DNA from: Ilumatobacteraceae bacterium
GTDB lineage: Bacteria > Actinomycetota > Acidimicrobiia > Acidimicrobiales > Ilumatobacteraceae
Assembly: GCA_963720775.1 (NCBI GenBank)
Contig: CAVRGR010000003.1
Location: forward strand, 22,391 to 46,390
DNA length: 24,000 nucleotides
Reading direction: 5' to 3'
The translations under genes were made by a program, and so were the position numbers. The notes below the pieces were generated by a model. The model was not told the origin of the DNA, did not search any database, and saw nothing but the letters and a program-made list of their open reading frames with translations. How positions within the stretch are numbered: position 1 is the first letter of the stretch; the number at the start of each line of letters is the position of its first letter. Of the stretch, positions 1 through 8,489 are shown in pieces.

Positions 1-237
1 GATGAGAAGCGTGGCCGGGTGCTGGCCGTCGAGTCGGTGTTCATCGGTGCATCCAACGAGCTCGGAGCGTTCGAGAGCGGTTTGGTCGCCCAGGCGATCG
101 GCACGCCGGCAACCGTCGTCGGCGGCGGCGTAGCGACGCTGGCGGTGGTCGGCATCTGGTGGTTCGCTTTTCCGTCGCTCAGGTCGATCGACCGCTTCGA
201 AGATCTCGAATATCGCCCAGCACCGCTTCCGAGCTGA
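1..237 (+). CDS. MFS-type transporter, C-terminal fragment (5' end outside window)
   Basis: Frame 1 is open from base 1 (DEKRGRVLAVESVFIGASNELGAFESGLVAQAIGTPATVVGGGVATLAVVGIWWF...). It shows two hydrophobic helices followed by a short polar tail, with stop TGA at 235-237. The pattern resembles the last TM helices of MFS exporters. The family call is from memory only. Confidence 0.55.
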   Translation, partial: DEKRGRVLAVESVFIGASNELGAFESGLVAQAIGTPATVVGGGVATLAVVGIWWFAFPSLRSIDRFEDLEYRPAPLPS

Positions 238-243
238 GACCGG

Positions 244-1443
244 TCATTCCTGCGCGGCGGCGTTGGTGGCACCTGGCAGCTCGCCGAACGCGGTCAAGAC
301 TGACCTGATCGCCGCGCTGTCGACGCCGGTGATCAGCGGAGTTGCTGCGGAGTTGCCGATGTTCCAGACCCAGAGATCACTGGATCCAGCGCACCCCGTC
401 GAGCGAACCGCCACCACGAGGTGGTTCGAGTCGAGCCAACCGACCGGCTCCGTCGACAACGCAGCGAACACCGACGGTTCATCCGAAACGGCCTCCCCGC
501 TGAAGATCTGCGTGCGGGTGAGACCGGCGCAGTCGCCGACTCGCCAGGCGATCGGCGCGCCGGCGGCAGTACTGACGGTGAGTCTGGCGAGCGGCTCGGC
601 CGTCTCGGCGACGTTCGTAACAGTGAGCGCTGGAAGTGTGACGGCATGGATGTGGAAGGTGCCGTTGTGATGGTCGTCGACGAAGTAGACCAGCGCGCCC
701 GACGGGTCGGGCCCGATCTCGGTGATGGTCGTGTTGGAGTCGGCGTTACGGGCGATCACCCTCGGGTTCTCGCCGCGGTTGCCGGCGACGAAAAGCCCGG
801 CGGTGCCGTCGCTCGCCCGCCCCGCGCCGAAGATGTTGCGGCCGGCCGGGTGGTAGGCGGCAACATCGGTCTGCTCCAGGAAGCTGATGTCCCTGCGGGT
901 CTCGGGTGCACCTGCGGTTCGCCACAACAGATGGTTGTCGGCGACCGCGGGGGCGATCAGCGCCCTGCCCGTCGGGAACGACCAGGAGACGCGGGTGTTG
1001 GTCGCGAAGTACCCGGAGGGCAGCGCCTGTGTTCCGTCGAACACCGTCACCGAGTTGAGCAGCACCCGATCGCCGGCCGGCGACCAACGCAGTGGTCCGA
1101 GGTTGTCGAGCGTCAGTTCCGTCAAGCAGCTCGTGATGCCGTCCGTCGGGTTGATCGTGTACAGGCGCGTTGCGACCTCGAACGTGATCTCAGGCGTCGG
1201 CGGTGCAGCTGAGAACACGCACGCGCCGCCGGGTAGGACGATGGTACTGGTGGGCGCTACGACGACCGATCCTGCCACTGTCGTGACGGTTGTCGGCGGC
1301 ACGGTGTTGCTGGGTGTGCCCAGAGGTGCCAGGGTGTCGGGAGTGGTCGAGCCTGCGTCGATGTTGCACCCCGCCACGAGCATCGTGAGCCCGAGCATCG
1401 ACACGCGGATGCCCAAGCCGTCGAGGTGCCTCATCGCACACAC
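244..1443 (-). CDS. Lipoprotein of unknown function (possible beta-propeller/TolB-like fold)
   Basis: Only the C-terminal ~397 aa of the 592-aa ORF looks protein-like. The N-terminus MRHLDGLGIRVSMLGLTMLVAG|C is a signal peptide plus lipobox. Two start models exist: GTG 1443 with AGGAG (1455..1451) 7 nt upstream, or ATG 1434. Recurrent strand/turn segments (WSPAGDRVLL, AYHPAGRNIF, PDPSGALVYF, WLDSNHLVV) suggest a repeated beta architecture. Confidence 0.75.
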   Translation of the reverse strand: MCAMRHLDGLGIRVSMLGLTMLVAGCNIDAGSTTPDTLAPLGTPSNTVPPTTVTTVAGSVVVAPTSTIVLPGGACVFSAAPPTPEITFEVATRLYTINPTDGITSCLTELTLDNLGPLRWSPAGDRVLLNSVTVFDGTQALPSGYFATNTRVSWSFPTGRALIAPAVADNHLLWRTAGAPETRRDISFLEQTDVAAYHPAGRNIFGAGRASDGTAGLFVAGNRGENPRVIARNADSNTTITEIGPDPSGALVYFVDDHHNGTFHIHAVTLPALTVTNVAETAEPLARLTVSTAAGAPIAWRVGDCAGLTRTQIFSGEAVSDEPSVFAALSTEPVGWLDSNHLVVAVRSTGCAGSSDLWVWNIGNSAATPLITGVDSAAIRSVLTAFGELPGATNAAAQE

Positions 1444-1470
1444 GGTAGATCTCCTGTGAAGGCTCGGTGG

Positions 1471-2187
1471 ATGACCGCGCTCTCGCTGGTCGCGTGCGCC
1501 GTGGTCGCCGCAGGGTGCGCTCAGGGAGATGCCGCGCCGGAGTCCACAGTCGCTCCGCCGACCTCGACCGTGCCCACCTCGACTTCGGCACCAGCCCCAT
1601 CTTCGACCGCACCCGCTACGACGACTTCGACCTCGACCACGCTGCCCAGACCGTTGGTGTACGTCTTCCCGTTCACCGGCAAGAAGGTCAGCTACGGCCG
1701 GCGTCATCACGACTACCCGGCCAGCGACGTCTTCGGATGCGGTGCGACCGTGGTCGCCCCGATTGGCGGGACGATCGACGAGACGCGCTCGTTCGATCCG
1801 TGGGATCCCAAGATCAACGATCCGGCGACACGGGGCGGGAAGTACGTGTCGATGGTGGGCGACGATGGGGTGCGCTACTACTTCGCCCACCTCGCCAGCG
1901 TCGACGTCGCACCTCGGCAGGTCGTCGACGGCGGCACACCGCTCGGGATCATGGGTCAGACCGGCAACGCCAGGAAGTCGGTCTGCCACACTCATTTCGG
2001 TATCTCGTGGCCATGCGAACACTCGGATTGGGCCGTGCGCCGGGGCGAGATCTGGCCGTGGAAGTATCTCGATGCCTGGCGAACGGGCGAGCAGCTCTCA
2101 CCCGTCGACGAGATCGCCGCCGCCGAGGCCGCCAATCCCGACGCATGCAACCTCGCCGGACTGGCTCCGGGTGCTTCCGATGAGTGA
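1471..2187 (+). CDS. Peptidase M23 family metallopeptidase, predicted lipoprotein
   Basis: M23 hallmarks are present: HHDYPASD (His/Asp metal ligands), YYFAHL, GIMGQTGNA and CHTHFG (HxH). The signal peptide MTALSLVACAVVAAG|C carries a lipobox, followed by a Ser/Thr/Pro linker. The start is ambiguous: ATG 1426, GTG 1456, or ATG 1471 with GAAGG 8 nt upstream. Confidence 0.85.
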   Translation: MTALSLVACAVVAAGCAQGDAAPESTVAPPTSTVPTSTSAPAPSSTAPATTTSTSTTLPRPLVYVFPFTGKKVSYGRRHHDYPASDVFGCGATVVAPIGGTIDETRSFDPWDPKINDPATRGGKYVSMVGDDGVRYYFAHLASVDVAPRQVVDGGTPLGIMGQTGNARKSVCHTHFGISWPCEHSDWAVRRGEIWPWKYLDAWRTGEQLSPVDEIAAAEAANPDACNLAGLAPGASDE

Positions 2188-2194
2188 CGAGCAA

Positions 2195-3118
2195 CTAGCT
2201 GGAGATGTGAGAGATGCCGATCCACAGCGCGGCTGGGATCAGGACCCAAGCCATCGCGAGTAGCACGATGGCGTAGACCGCGAAGTTGTACGAATCGTCC
2301 TTCGGCGGTTTGCCACAGGCGCCGATGGTTTCGTAGAGCGCCTTGATCGGTTGCTCGGTCGACAATCTGATCCGTCGGCGAGCGACGCCCGCTGCATACA
2401 ACGATGCCCATGCCAGACCGGCGAACACGATGGCGAACACGGCGGCGAAGACGATCACGCCGACGGTGCCGGTGAACGCCTTCTCCACGAGCCACTTGAG
2501 CCCGGAGCCGACGCTCGACAACAACGCACCACCGAGTAGGAAGGTCGGCAGACCGAGCTGATCGCCTGTGTACCCCTGTTCAACCTGCACGGCGTTGATC
2601 CGTGCCCGGCGCAACATGGCGTGTTCGCGGCTGCCCCACTCGGAGTTGGCTTCTCGACGTTCGTAGAGCCTGCGGATCCGGGTGACGAGACGGTTCTGGT
2701 AGCCCTTGACGATCCATCTGGTCATCTGTTGGACGATGTATCCGGCGATCGGCGTGGCGGGCCCGAGCCGGGGCATGTTCGGCGGCCGCACCCCGTTGCG
2801 GTCCAGCACCTCCAACGATCTCATCGCCAGGCGATGGGCCTCTTCGAACCGATCCGGACGCCACAACGCCCGCACCTTCGAGAGCTCTTTGACGATGTCT
2901 TGTTCCGGCTTGCCGCGTCCCGCGATCTGCTCGAGGATCGCCCCCTTCTCCTCGGCCGTGTCGGCGCGCAACACCCGCAGCGCATCGATGCGGTCGAGCA
3001 GGAGCTCGTCGAGTCGGGTCTCGACCTCGTTCTCTCCTCGACCCGTCTTGGAATGTCTCGCCGGAGCGGGATCGACATCGCCCATCGAGCGCAGGGTAGT
3101 GCCTGTCGCGGATTGCAC
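2195..3118 (-). CDS. Hypothetical membrane protein (N-terminal charged helical domain, C-terminal TM helices)
   Basis: The 307-aa ORF has protein-like composition. About 190 aa are soluble and Arg/Glu/Leu-rich. Three or four hydrophobic helices follow (LPTFLLGGALLSSVGSG, VGVIVFAAVFAIVFAGLAWASLYAA, FAVYAIVLLAMAWVLIPAALWIGI). I recognise no family. The start is GTG 3118 or ATG 3085, and neither has a clear SD. Confidence 0.65.
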   Translation of the reverse strand: MQSATGTTLRSMGDVDPAPARHSKTGRGENEVETRLDELLLDRIDALRVLRADTAEEKGAILEQIAGRGKPEQDIVKELSKVRALWRPDRFEEAHRLAMRSLEVLDRNGVRPPNMPRLGPATPIAGYIVQQMTRWIVKGYQNRLVTRIRRLYERREANSEWGSREHAMLRRARINAVQVEQGYTGDQLGLPTFLLGGALLSSVGSGLKWLVEKAFTGTVGVIVFAAVFAIVFAGLAWASLYAAGVARRRIRLSTEQPIKALYETIGACGKPPKDDSYNFAVYAIVLLAMAWVLIPAALWIGISHISS

Positions 3119-3182
3119 AGGGCAAGTCGGTGACGTGCTTCAATAACGGGTCCGGGCGCGCCGACCGACAAGGGGAACATCA

Positions 3183-3575
3183 ATGAAGAACTTCCTGAAG
3201 GAGTTCAAGGAATTCATCGCCACCGGAAACCTCGTCGAGGTCGCCGTGGCTTTCATCCTGGCCCTCGCCATCAAGGCGGTTATCGATGCGTTCATGAACA
3301 GCATCGTCAATCCGTTGATCGGCGCAATCGTCGGCAAGCCAAACCTCGACAACTTCCTCACGATCACCGTTCGCAAAGGCAAGCCCGATCAAGCGATCAT
3401 CTCGATCGGCGCGGTGCTGACCCAACTGATCTCGTTGATCATCGTCGGGCTGGTGCTGTTCGTTGCGCTGAAGGCCTACAACAAGATGCGCAAGCCTGTG
3501 GATGAGGCCCCGGCGGGCCCCACCGAGGTCGAGCTCCTCGCCCAGATCAGAGACGAGTTGCGGGCTCGTCCCTGA
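3183..3575 (+). CDS. mscL: Large-conductance mechanosensitive channel MscL
   Basis: MKNFLKEFKEFIATGNLVEVAVAFILALAIKAVIDAFMNSIVNPLIG... is collinear with canonical MscL: the (L)KEFKEF..RGNV.DLAVGVIIG N-terminus, two TM helices, and a charged C-terminal helix. Length is 130 aa. AGGGGA lies 8 nt upstream of the ATG. Confidence 0.95.
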   Translation: MKNFLKEFKEFIATGNLVEVAVAFILALAIKAVIDAFMNSIVNPLIGAIVGKPNLDNFLTITVRKGKPDQAIISIGAVLTQLISLIIVGLVLFVALKAYNKMRKPVDEAPAGPTEVELLAQIRDELRARP

Positions 3576-3618
3576 CCGGTGACTTGCGGAATTCGTTGGC
3601 GCTGACTCCAATGGAGGG

Positions 3619-4638
3619 ATGCGAGTACGGCGTGAGGTCTCCCTGGCCGTGCTCTGCATCCTCGTCGCCGCCTGCTCGGCGGTCGAGTCCGCGTCCCCCG
3701 ATTCGCACGATCAGACGATCGCCGGAGTTGGTGTTCTCCCAGGTGGGAGCCCCGTTTCGGAGGTAGTCGAAGCCTCCGACGCGCCGACGGTTCCCGTGTC
3801 GGACGCCACGACCATGACCACGACGACAACGCTGCCCGCGGTCACGATCGGCTCGATGGTCGCCGGTAACAGGCTGTTGATGATCGGCGACTCGATCACC
3901 GCGTCGGCGGCGCAGCGCTACGGCGGCGAGCTCTGCAAGGCACTCGTTCCACTCGGCTGGCAGGTCGAAGTCGACGCCCAACCGAGCATGTTCATCCAGT
4001 TCGGCAACGCGGTGCTCGACAAACGCCTGTCGGCCAAGTGGGACGCGGCATACGTGTTCCTAGGCACCAACTACGGCGGCAACCAAGACGCGTATCGCAA
4101 GCAGTTGGAGAAGATCGTGAAGCGGCTGGCGCCGACGCCCGTCGTGCTGCTGACCGTCACCGAGTTCGCCGATAATCGCCGCGAGGTCAACGATGCGATC
4201 CTTCTGGTCAGCACCGAATACTCCAACGTTCATGTTCTCGACTGGGGCGCGATCGCGGCGGCCGACGCCGGCACGATCCTCCGCGGCGACGGACTCCATC
4301 TGACCGACAGCGGACGCGCCACGCTGGCTGCAACTGTGGCTGGAGTCATGGGACAGGCACCCGTGCAGCCGGGAGACTGCTTGCCGTCGTCGTTCACCAA
4401 CGATGCCGGCGGCAACGTGAATGGCAGCGACACCCCGCCGCCGAAGAAGGTCGCTGGTACGGCGACAACCGTCAAACCCAAGACGTCGACGCCGGTCGGC
4501 GGAACCGCCACGACGACCACCAAGCCGACGACCAAGACCACCGTCACCGTGACGTTCCCAGGACAGACCACGACAGTGCCCACAACACCGCCCACCAGTC
4601 CACCGCCGTCACCCGGCCCGACCTCCGGCGGGCCGTGA
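3619..4638 (+). CDS. SGNH/GDSL-family hydrolase, predicted lipoprotein with Thr/Pro-rich C-terminal tail
   Basis: The signal peptide MRVRREVSLAVLCILVAA|C has a lipobox. Block I is LLMIGDSIT (GDS nucleophile). Block III-like is FLGTNYGG. Block V is GDGLHLT (DxxH). The C-terminal ~90 aa are low-complexity T/P/K-rich (TTTKPTTKTTVTVT...PPTSPPPSPGP). Confidence 0.85.
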   Translation: MRVRREVSLAVLCILVAACSAVESASPDSHDQTIAGVGVLPGGSPVSEVVEASDAPTVPVSDATTMTTTTTLPAVTIGSMVAGNRLLMIGDSITASAAQRYGGELCKALVPLGWQVEVDAQPSMFIQFGNAVLDKRLSAKWDAAYVFLGTNYGGNQDAYRKQLEKIVKRLAPTPVVLLTVTEFADNRREVNDAILLVSTEYSNVHVLDWGAIAAADAGTILRGDGLHLTDSGRATLAATVAGVMGQAPVQPGDCLPSSFTNDAGGNVNGSDTPPPKKVAGTATTVKPKTSTPVGGTATTTTKPTTKTTVTVTFPGQTTTVPTTPPTSPPPSPGPTSGGP

Positions 4639-4654
4639 GCACTGGTAGTTGTTG

Positions 4655-4702
4655 GAAGTGTTGCCCGACGGCACCGATGTGGTGCTCTACGGCAACACTT
4701 CG
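4655..4702 (+). terminator. Long nested hairpin / inverted repeat, 17 nt after the SGNH hydrolase stop (candidate intrinsic terminator or operator)
   Basis: GAAGTGTTGCC (4655-4665) is the exact reverse complement of GGCAACACTTC (4692-4702). The inner pair GCACC (4671-4675) / GGTGC (4681-4685) is nested inside it. No downstream T-tract is present. The hairpin lies 20 nt upstream of the ykgJ-like ATG. Confidence 0.35.
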
Positions 4703-4722
4703 ACGGCAGAGTGTGCACAAGC

Positions 4723-5331
4723 ATGGATGAGCAACGCGTCGACGCGGGAGATTTCTCGTCGTGGCTGGCAGGGATGCAAGCGGCGCTCCGCGGTGACCGT
4801 GGTTCGGATGTGCCCTGCGACGGGTGCACGGCATGTTGCACGTCGTCCCAGTTCATCCACATCGGCCCGGACGAGATCGACACGATCGCGCACATCCCCG
4901 GCAAGCTCCTCTTCCCTGCGCCGCGGTTGCCGCGTGGCCACGTGCTGATGGGCTACGACGAACGCGGACACTGCCCGATGCTGATCGACGGAGCCTGCTC
5001 GATCTACGAGCACCGTCCGGTGACCTGTCGAACGTATGACTGCCGAGTCTTTCCCGCCGCTGCCGTCGAGTTGGATGACGACGACAAGGCGCTGATCGCC
5101 CGTCGATCGAGTCGGTGGAGGTTCACGTTTCCCACGCAGGCGGATCGTGACGAGCACGATGCCGTACGTGCCGCGGCCCGTTTCCTCAGCGACAACCGTG
5201 ACCTGATGGCGGGCGGACCTACGGCCAGCGCGACGCAGCTTGCCGTGCGCGCCGTCGAAGTTCACGATGTCTTCCTGGGCAACGACGATCCGGACGAGAT
5301 CCGAGTGGAGCTGAGGCGACGCACGCGCTGA
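4723..5331 (+). CDS. YkgJ-family (UPF0153) cysteine-cluster protein
   Basis: It has the CxxCxxCC signature CDGCTACC near the N-terminus and downstream Cys residues (GHCPML, GACSIYEHRPVTCRTYDC) typical of the putative Fe-S/Zn-binding YkgJ family. The start is ATG 4723 (MDEQRV...) or GTG 4711. Confidence 0.8.
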   Translation: MDEQRVDAGDFSSWLAGMQAALRGDRGSDVPCDGCTACCTSSQFIHIGPDEIDTIAHIPGKLLFPAPRLPRGHVLMGYDERGHCPMLIDGACSIYEHRPVTCRTYDCRVFPAAAVELDDDDKALIARRSSRWRFTFPTQADRDEHDAVRAAARFLSDNRDLMAGGPTASATQLAVRAVEVHDVFLGNDDPDEIRVELRRRTR

Positions 5332-5368
5332 AGTCGCTGCTCCTCGATGACCGCGCGAGGATGGGGCA

Positions 5369-6343
5369 ATGCGCTATCGATCATTGGGCCGTACGGCACT
5401 GCAAGTGAGCGAACTGTGCCTCGGCACGATGAACTTCGGGCCGAACACTCCGGAAGACGAGGCGCGAGCGATCATGGACCGCGCCCTCGAGCTCGGCATC
5501 AACTTCTTCGACACGGCCGACCGTTACGGTGGCGACAAGGGAGCCGGTGCAACCGAAGAGATCCTCGGTCGCTGGTTCGCCCTCGGTGGCGATCGCCGCG
5601 AGAAGGTGGTGCTGGCGACCAAGCTCTACGGTGCGATGTCGACCTGGCCGAACGACGGGCGGTTGTCGGCGCGTCACATCCGTGCTGCCTGCGACGCCAG
5701 CCTGCGGCGCATGCAGACCGATCACATCGACCTCTACCAGATGCATCATGTCGACCGAACCGCGCCGTGGGACGAGATCTGGCAGGCCATGGAAACACTG
5801 GTGCAGCAGGGCAAGATCATCTACGTCGGCAGCAGCAACTTCGCCGGCTGGCACATCGCCCAGGCCAACGAGCAGGCGAAGGCTCGTGGTTCGCTCGGTC
5901 TCGTCAGCGAGCAGAGCCACTACAACCTGCTCGTCCGCACGGTCGAGCTCGAGGTTCTGCCGGCATGCCTCGCCTACGGGGTGGGGGTCATCCCGTGGAG
6001 CCCGCTGTCGAGCGGTGTGCTCGGAGGCGTGCTGAGCAAGGAATCCACCGTTCGCCGGCAGGGGGCCGAATCGCTCAAACGAAGCGAGAAGTTCCGGCCT
6101 CAGTTGGAGAAGTGGGAGAGTCTGTGCGCCGAGTTGGGCGAGCATCCGGCAGCTGTCGCCCTGGCCTGGCTCCTGCATCAACCAGGCGTCACCTGCCCGA
6201 TCATCGGTCCACGAACGATGGAACAGCTCGAAGGAGCATCGCTGCGCGCCCTCGAGCTGTCGCTCGACGACGACACGCTGGCCGGCATCGATGCCATCTT
6301 CCCCGGGCCGGGCGGAACCGCGCCCGAGGCCTACGCCTGGTAG
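5369..6343 (+). CDS. Aldo/keto reductase family oxidoreductase
   Basis: MRYRSLGRTALQVSELCLGTMNFG...INFFDTADRYG...EEILGRW is the classic AKR N-terminus, with the catalytic D and Y in DTADRYG. Downstream motifs are LATK, IDLYQMH, GKIIYVGSSNF and VIPWSPL. GAGGA lies ~8 nt upstream of the ATG. Confidence 0.93.
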   Translation: MRYRSLGRTALQVSELCLGTMNFGPNTPEDEARAIMDRALELGINFFDTADRYGGDKGAGATEEILGRWFALGGDRREKVVLATKLYGAMSTWPNDGRLSARHIRAACDASLRRMQTDHIDLYQMHHVDRTAPWDEIWQAMETLVQQGKIIYVGSSNFAGWHIAQANEQAKARGSLGLVSEQSHYNLLVRTVELEVLPACLAYGVGVIPWSPLSSGVLGGVLSKESTVRRQGAESLKRSEKFRPQLEKWESLCAELGEHPAAVALAWLLHQPGVTCPIIGPRTMEQLEGASLRALELSLDDDTLAGIDAIFPGPGGTAPEAYAW

Positions 6344-6346
6344 GTC

Positions 6347-6838
6347 CTACGGGGCGAGGGCGCGCAACGGAGCGACGGGTACGTTGCGCAATACGCCGTA
6401 CACCAACAGCAGCGTCGCAGTCGTGATGGCCAGCCATCTCCCCGCTCGCGGTGACACCCGAATCGGTGCCGCGCCCCACGACACTCGCGCCCATCCCACC
6501 CAGACGATCACGATCGCGGCGAGCGCCAACGGCGTGAAGATGTTGTAGCTCAACGCCGCACCGACGTGGCCGTGCAACAGTTGATAGGCACCCCTGGTCA
6601 AGCCGCATCCCGGGCACCACAGCCCGGTGGCCTGATGGAACACACAGCTGGGAAACGGCGACCCGGCTGATGCCGGGTTGTGCGTGGCCACGAACATCGC
6701 GCCTGCCACGAGACCAGAGCCGCAGGCAATCGGTGCCGTCCGCCTGCCCAGATCGCTGCGCAGCGTTGCCGCCAGTCCGAGTTCCATCGGCCCCATCGTA
6801 CGACAGGCAGCGTTGTGGACTCGCCGTTTCCCCGCCAC
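6347..6838 (-). CDS. DUF2752 domain-containing membrane protein
   Basis: It carries the CVFHQATGLWCPGCGLTRG motif (C...CPGCG(L/M)TR) characteristic of DUF2752, plus 3-4 TM helices. The start is uncertain: GTG 6838 lies only 11 nt from the divergent ABC-F start, and in-frame ATGs occur at 6796 and 6787. Confidence 0.75.
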   Translation of the reverse strand: MAGKRRVHNAACRTMGPMELGLAATLRSDLGRRTAPIACGSGLVAGAMFVATHNPASAGSPFPSCVFHQATGLWCPGCGLTRGAYQLLHGHVGAALSYNIFTPLALAAIVIVWVGWARVSWGAAPIRVSPRAGRWLAITTATLLLVYGVLRNVPVAPLRALAP

Positions 6839-6849
6839 GATGGACGGCC

Positions 6850-8466
6850 ATGTTGCAGGTCCAGGCGCTCTCGGTGGAAATTGGTGGTCGTCAGATCATC
6901 GATCGCGCCTCGTTCACCGTTATGCCACGCGACAAAGTCGGCTTGGTGGGCCGCAACGGAGCCGGCAAGACAACGCTGTTCCGAGTACTCGGTGGCGCGT
7001 TGGAGCCGACCGGCGGCAAGATCCTCCGCAAGGGTGGGTTCGGTTACCTGCCGCAAGACCCTCGGATCGCCGGCGTGCTCGATGGGCGTACCGCCATCAC
7101 CCACATCCTGTCCGGGCGTGGGATCGACGAGGAGTTGATCCGGCTGGAGAAACTTCGGTTGACGATGGAGGAAGACTCGAGCGAGCGCAACGTCAGCCGG
7201 TACAGCCGTGCCCACGACGAGTTCGCTACCGCCGGCGGGTATGCGGCCGAGAGCGAGGCGCGATCGATGGCCGCAGGGCTTGGGCTTCCCGACGATCGTC
7301 TGGAGCTGCCCATCGGAGTGCTCAGTGGTGGTGAGCGCCGGCGTGTCGAGTTGTCGCGCATCCTCTTCGCCGGGTCCGACGTGCTGTTGCTCGACGAGCC
7401 CACCAATCACCTCGACATCGACGCGAAGGCGTGGTTGTTGCAGTTCCTGCGCACCTATCGCGGCGCGCTCTTGGTGATCAGCCACGACCTCGATCTGCTC
7501 GACGAGGCCATCACACGGGTCATGCACCTCGATCGACCCGCCGAGGATGCGCTTGGTGTGCTGGTGGAGTACAAGGGGACCTACAGCCAGTACCGGGCGG
7601 CCAGGGCGAGCGACGAGGAGCGGACTGCTCGCAAGGCCGCCTTGCAGGCCAAGGAGATTGCTCGCCTGCAGACCGTCGTCGATCGCTTCGGAGCCAAGGC
7701 CACGAAGGCAGCGATGGCCCACAGCAAAGAGAAGCAGATCGTTCGTCTCGAGGCTCAACGAGTGCACGTCGGCAAGGGTGACCGCACGTTGCGCGTCCGT
7801 TTTCCGGATCCTCCGGCAAGCGGAGCCACGGTCATCACCGCCCAAGGTCTGTCGAAGGCGTACGGCGGACCACCGGTGTTCGAGGATGTGTCGTTCGACG
7901 TCGGCCGCGGCGACCGTCTGCTGGTACTCGGTCTCAACGGTGCCGGCAAGACGAGCCTCCTGCGCATCCTCGCCGGCGAGACCAAGGCCAACGTGGGCCA
8001 GTTCACGTTCGGCCACAACGTCAACGTCGGCTACTACGCGCAGGAGCACGACAACTTGCAGCCCGATGCGTCGCTGCTCGACAACATTCGCGCCGCCGTG
8101 CCCCACGACATCGTGTTGACCGAGACGCAGCTGCGCGGGCTGCTCGGCATGATGGGTCTCAGTGGCGAGAAGGTCTACCAGGAGAGCGGCACGCTGTCGG
8201 GAGGGGAGAAGACGAAGCTTGCGTTGGCGATGTTGATGGTGGGTCGCAACAACCTGCTGCTGCTCGACGAGCCGACCAACAACCTCGACCCGGCCAGCCG
8301 GCAGTCCGTCACCGATTCGCTGTCGGGGTGGAAAGGCACGATCGTGTTCGTCAGCCACGACACCGAGTTCGTCGAGCAACTGCGCCCGACCAAGGTGTTG
8401 CTGATGCCCGATGGCGAGCTCGACTACTTCAGCAACGATTGGTTGGAGCTCGTCTCACTGGCCTGA
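6850..8466 (+). CDS. ABC-F family ATPase (two tandem ABC domains, no TM domain; YbiT/Uup-like)
   Basis: The true start is ATG 6850 (MLQVQALSVEIGG...); the upstream ORF extension is Arg/Pro-rich junk. The first ABC domain has Walker A GRNGAGKTT, signature LSGGERRR and Walker B LLLDEPTNHLD. A charged linker follows (EERTARKAALQAKEIARLQ). The second domain has Walker A GLNGAGKTS, signature LSGGEKTK and Walker B LLLDEPTNNLD. Confidence 0.93.
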   Translation: MLQVQALSVEIGGRQIIDRASFTVMPRDKVGLVGRNGAGKTTLFRVLGGALEPTGGKILRKGGFGYLPQDPRIAGVLDGRTAITHILSGRGIDEELIRLEKLRLTMEEDSSERNVSRYSRAHDEFATAGGYAAESEARSMAAGLGLPDDRLELPIGVLSGGERRRVELSRILFAGSDVLLLDEPTNHLDIDAKAWLLQFLRTYRGALLVISHDLDLLDEAITRVMHLDRPAEDALGVLVEYKGTYSQYRAARASDEERTARKAALQAKEIARLQTVVDRFGAKATKAAMAHSKEKQIVRLEAQRVHVGKGDRTLRVRFPDPPASGATVITAQGLSKAYGGPPVFEDVSFDVGRGDRLLVLGLNGAGKTSLLRILAGETKANVGQFTFGHNVNVGYYAQEHDNLQPDASLLDNIRAAVPHDIVLTETQLRGLLGMMGLSGEKVYQESGTLSGGEKTKLALAMLMVGRNNLLLLDEPTNNLDPASRQSVTDSLSGWKGTIVFVSHDTEFVEQLRPTKVLLMPDGELDYFSNDWLELVSLA

Positions 8467-8489
8467 CGCAACGTCCGGTGCCGTGCAAC

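Noticed and set aside
405-445. GGTTCGAGTC, a T-loop-like sequence preceded by a CCACC/GGTGG hairpin, considered as a possible tRNA fragment.
   Set aside because: The flanks cannot form an acceptor, D or anticodon arm. The sequence lies inside the lipoprotein coding region.
1435-2022. N-terminal ~196 aa of the 592-aa minus-strand ORF (244..2022).
   Set aside because: This part is Arg/Gly/His-rich junk (…RGRGRSRRSGCGRRWGWCRSRGGHGRGRR…). It lies antisense to the well-supported M23 peptidase gene. A canonical lipoprotein signal peptide begins at the internal Met (1434).
3183-3575. Lower overall GC of mscL (~54% in the first 120 nt by my count), and of the C1 peptidase gene (18188-19054), as signs of horizontal transfer.
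   Set aside because: Third-codon positions in both genes are overwhelmingly G/C, like the neighbours. The lower GC comes from Lys/Asn/Phe/Ile-rich amino-acid composition, not from foreign codon usage.
3619-3621. Concern that the SGNH hydrolase start is wrong, because GGAGGG abuts the ATG with no spacer.
   Set aside because: No alternative in-frame start preserves the signal peptide and lipobox. I kept ATG 3619 but flag the atypical SD spacing.
4380-4638. ACC/ACG/CCG-rich low-complexity DNA.
   Set aside because: It encodes the Thr/Pro-rich C-terminal tail of the SGNH hydrolase in frame. It is not an independent repeat element.
6598-8379. 593-aa minus-strand ORF antisense to the ABC-F gene. 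Similar long shadow ORFs occur at 11368..13125 (+, 585 aa), 8785..10344 (+, 519 aa), 13307..14629 (-, 440 aa), 16237..17454 (+, 405 aa), 16781..17887 (-, 368 aa), 19796..20773 (+, 325 aa) and 10311..11315 (-, 334 aa).
   Set aside because: All overlap genes with strong family signatures in another frame or on the other strand. All have Arg/Gly/Pro/Asp/His-dominated, motif-free translations typical of off-frame reading of high-GC coding DNA.
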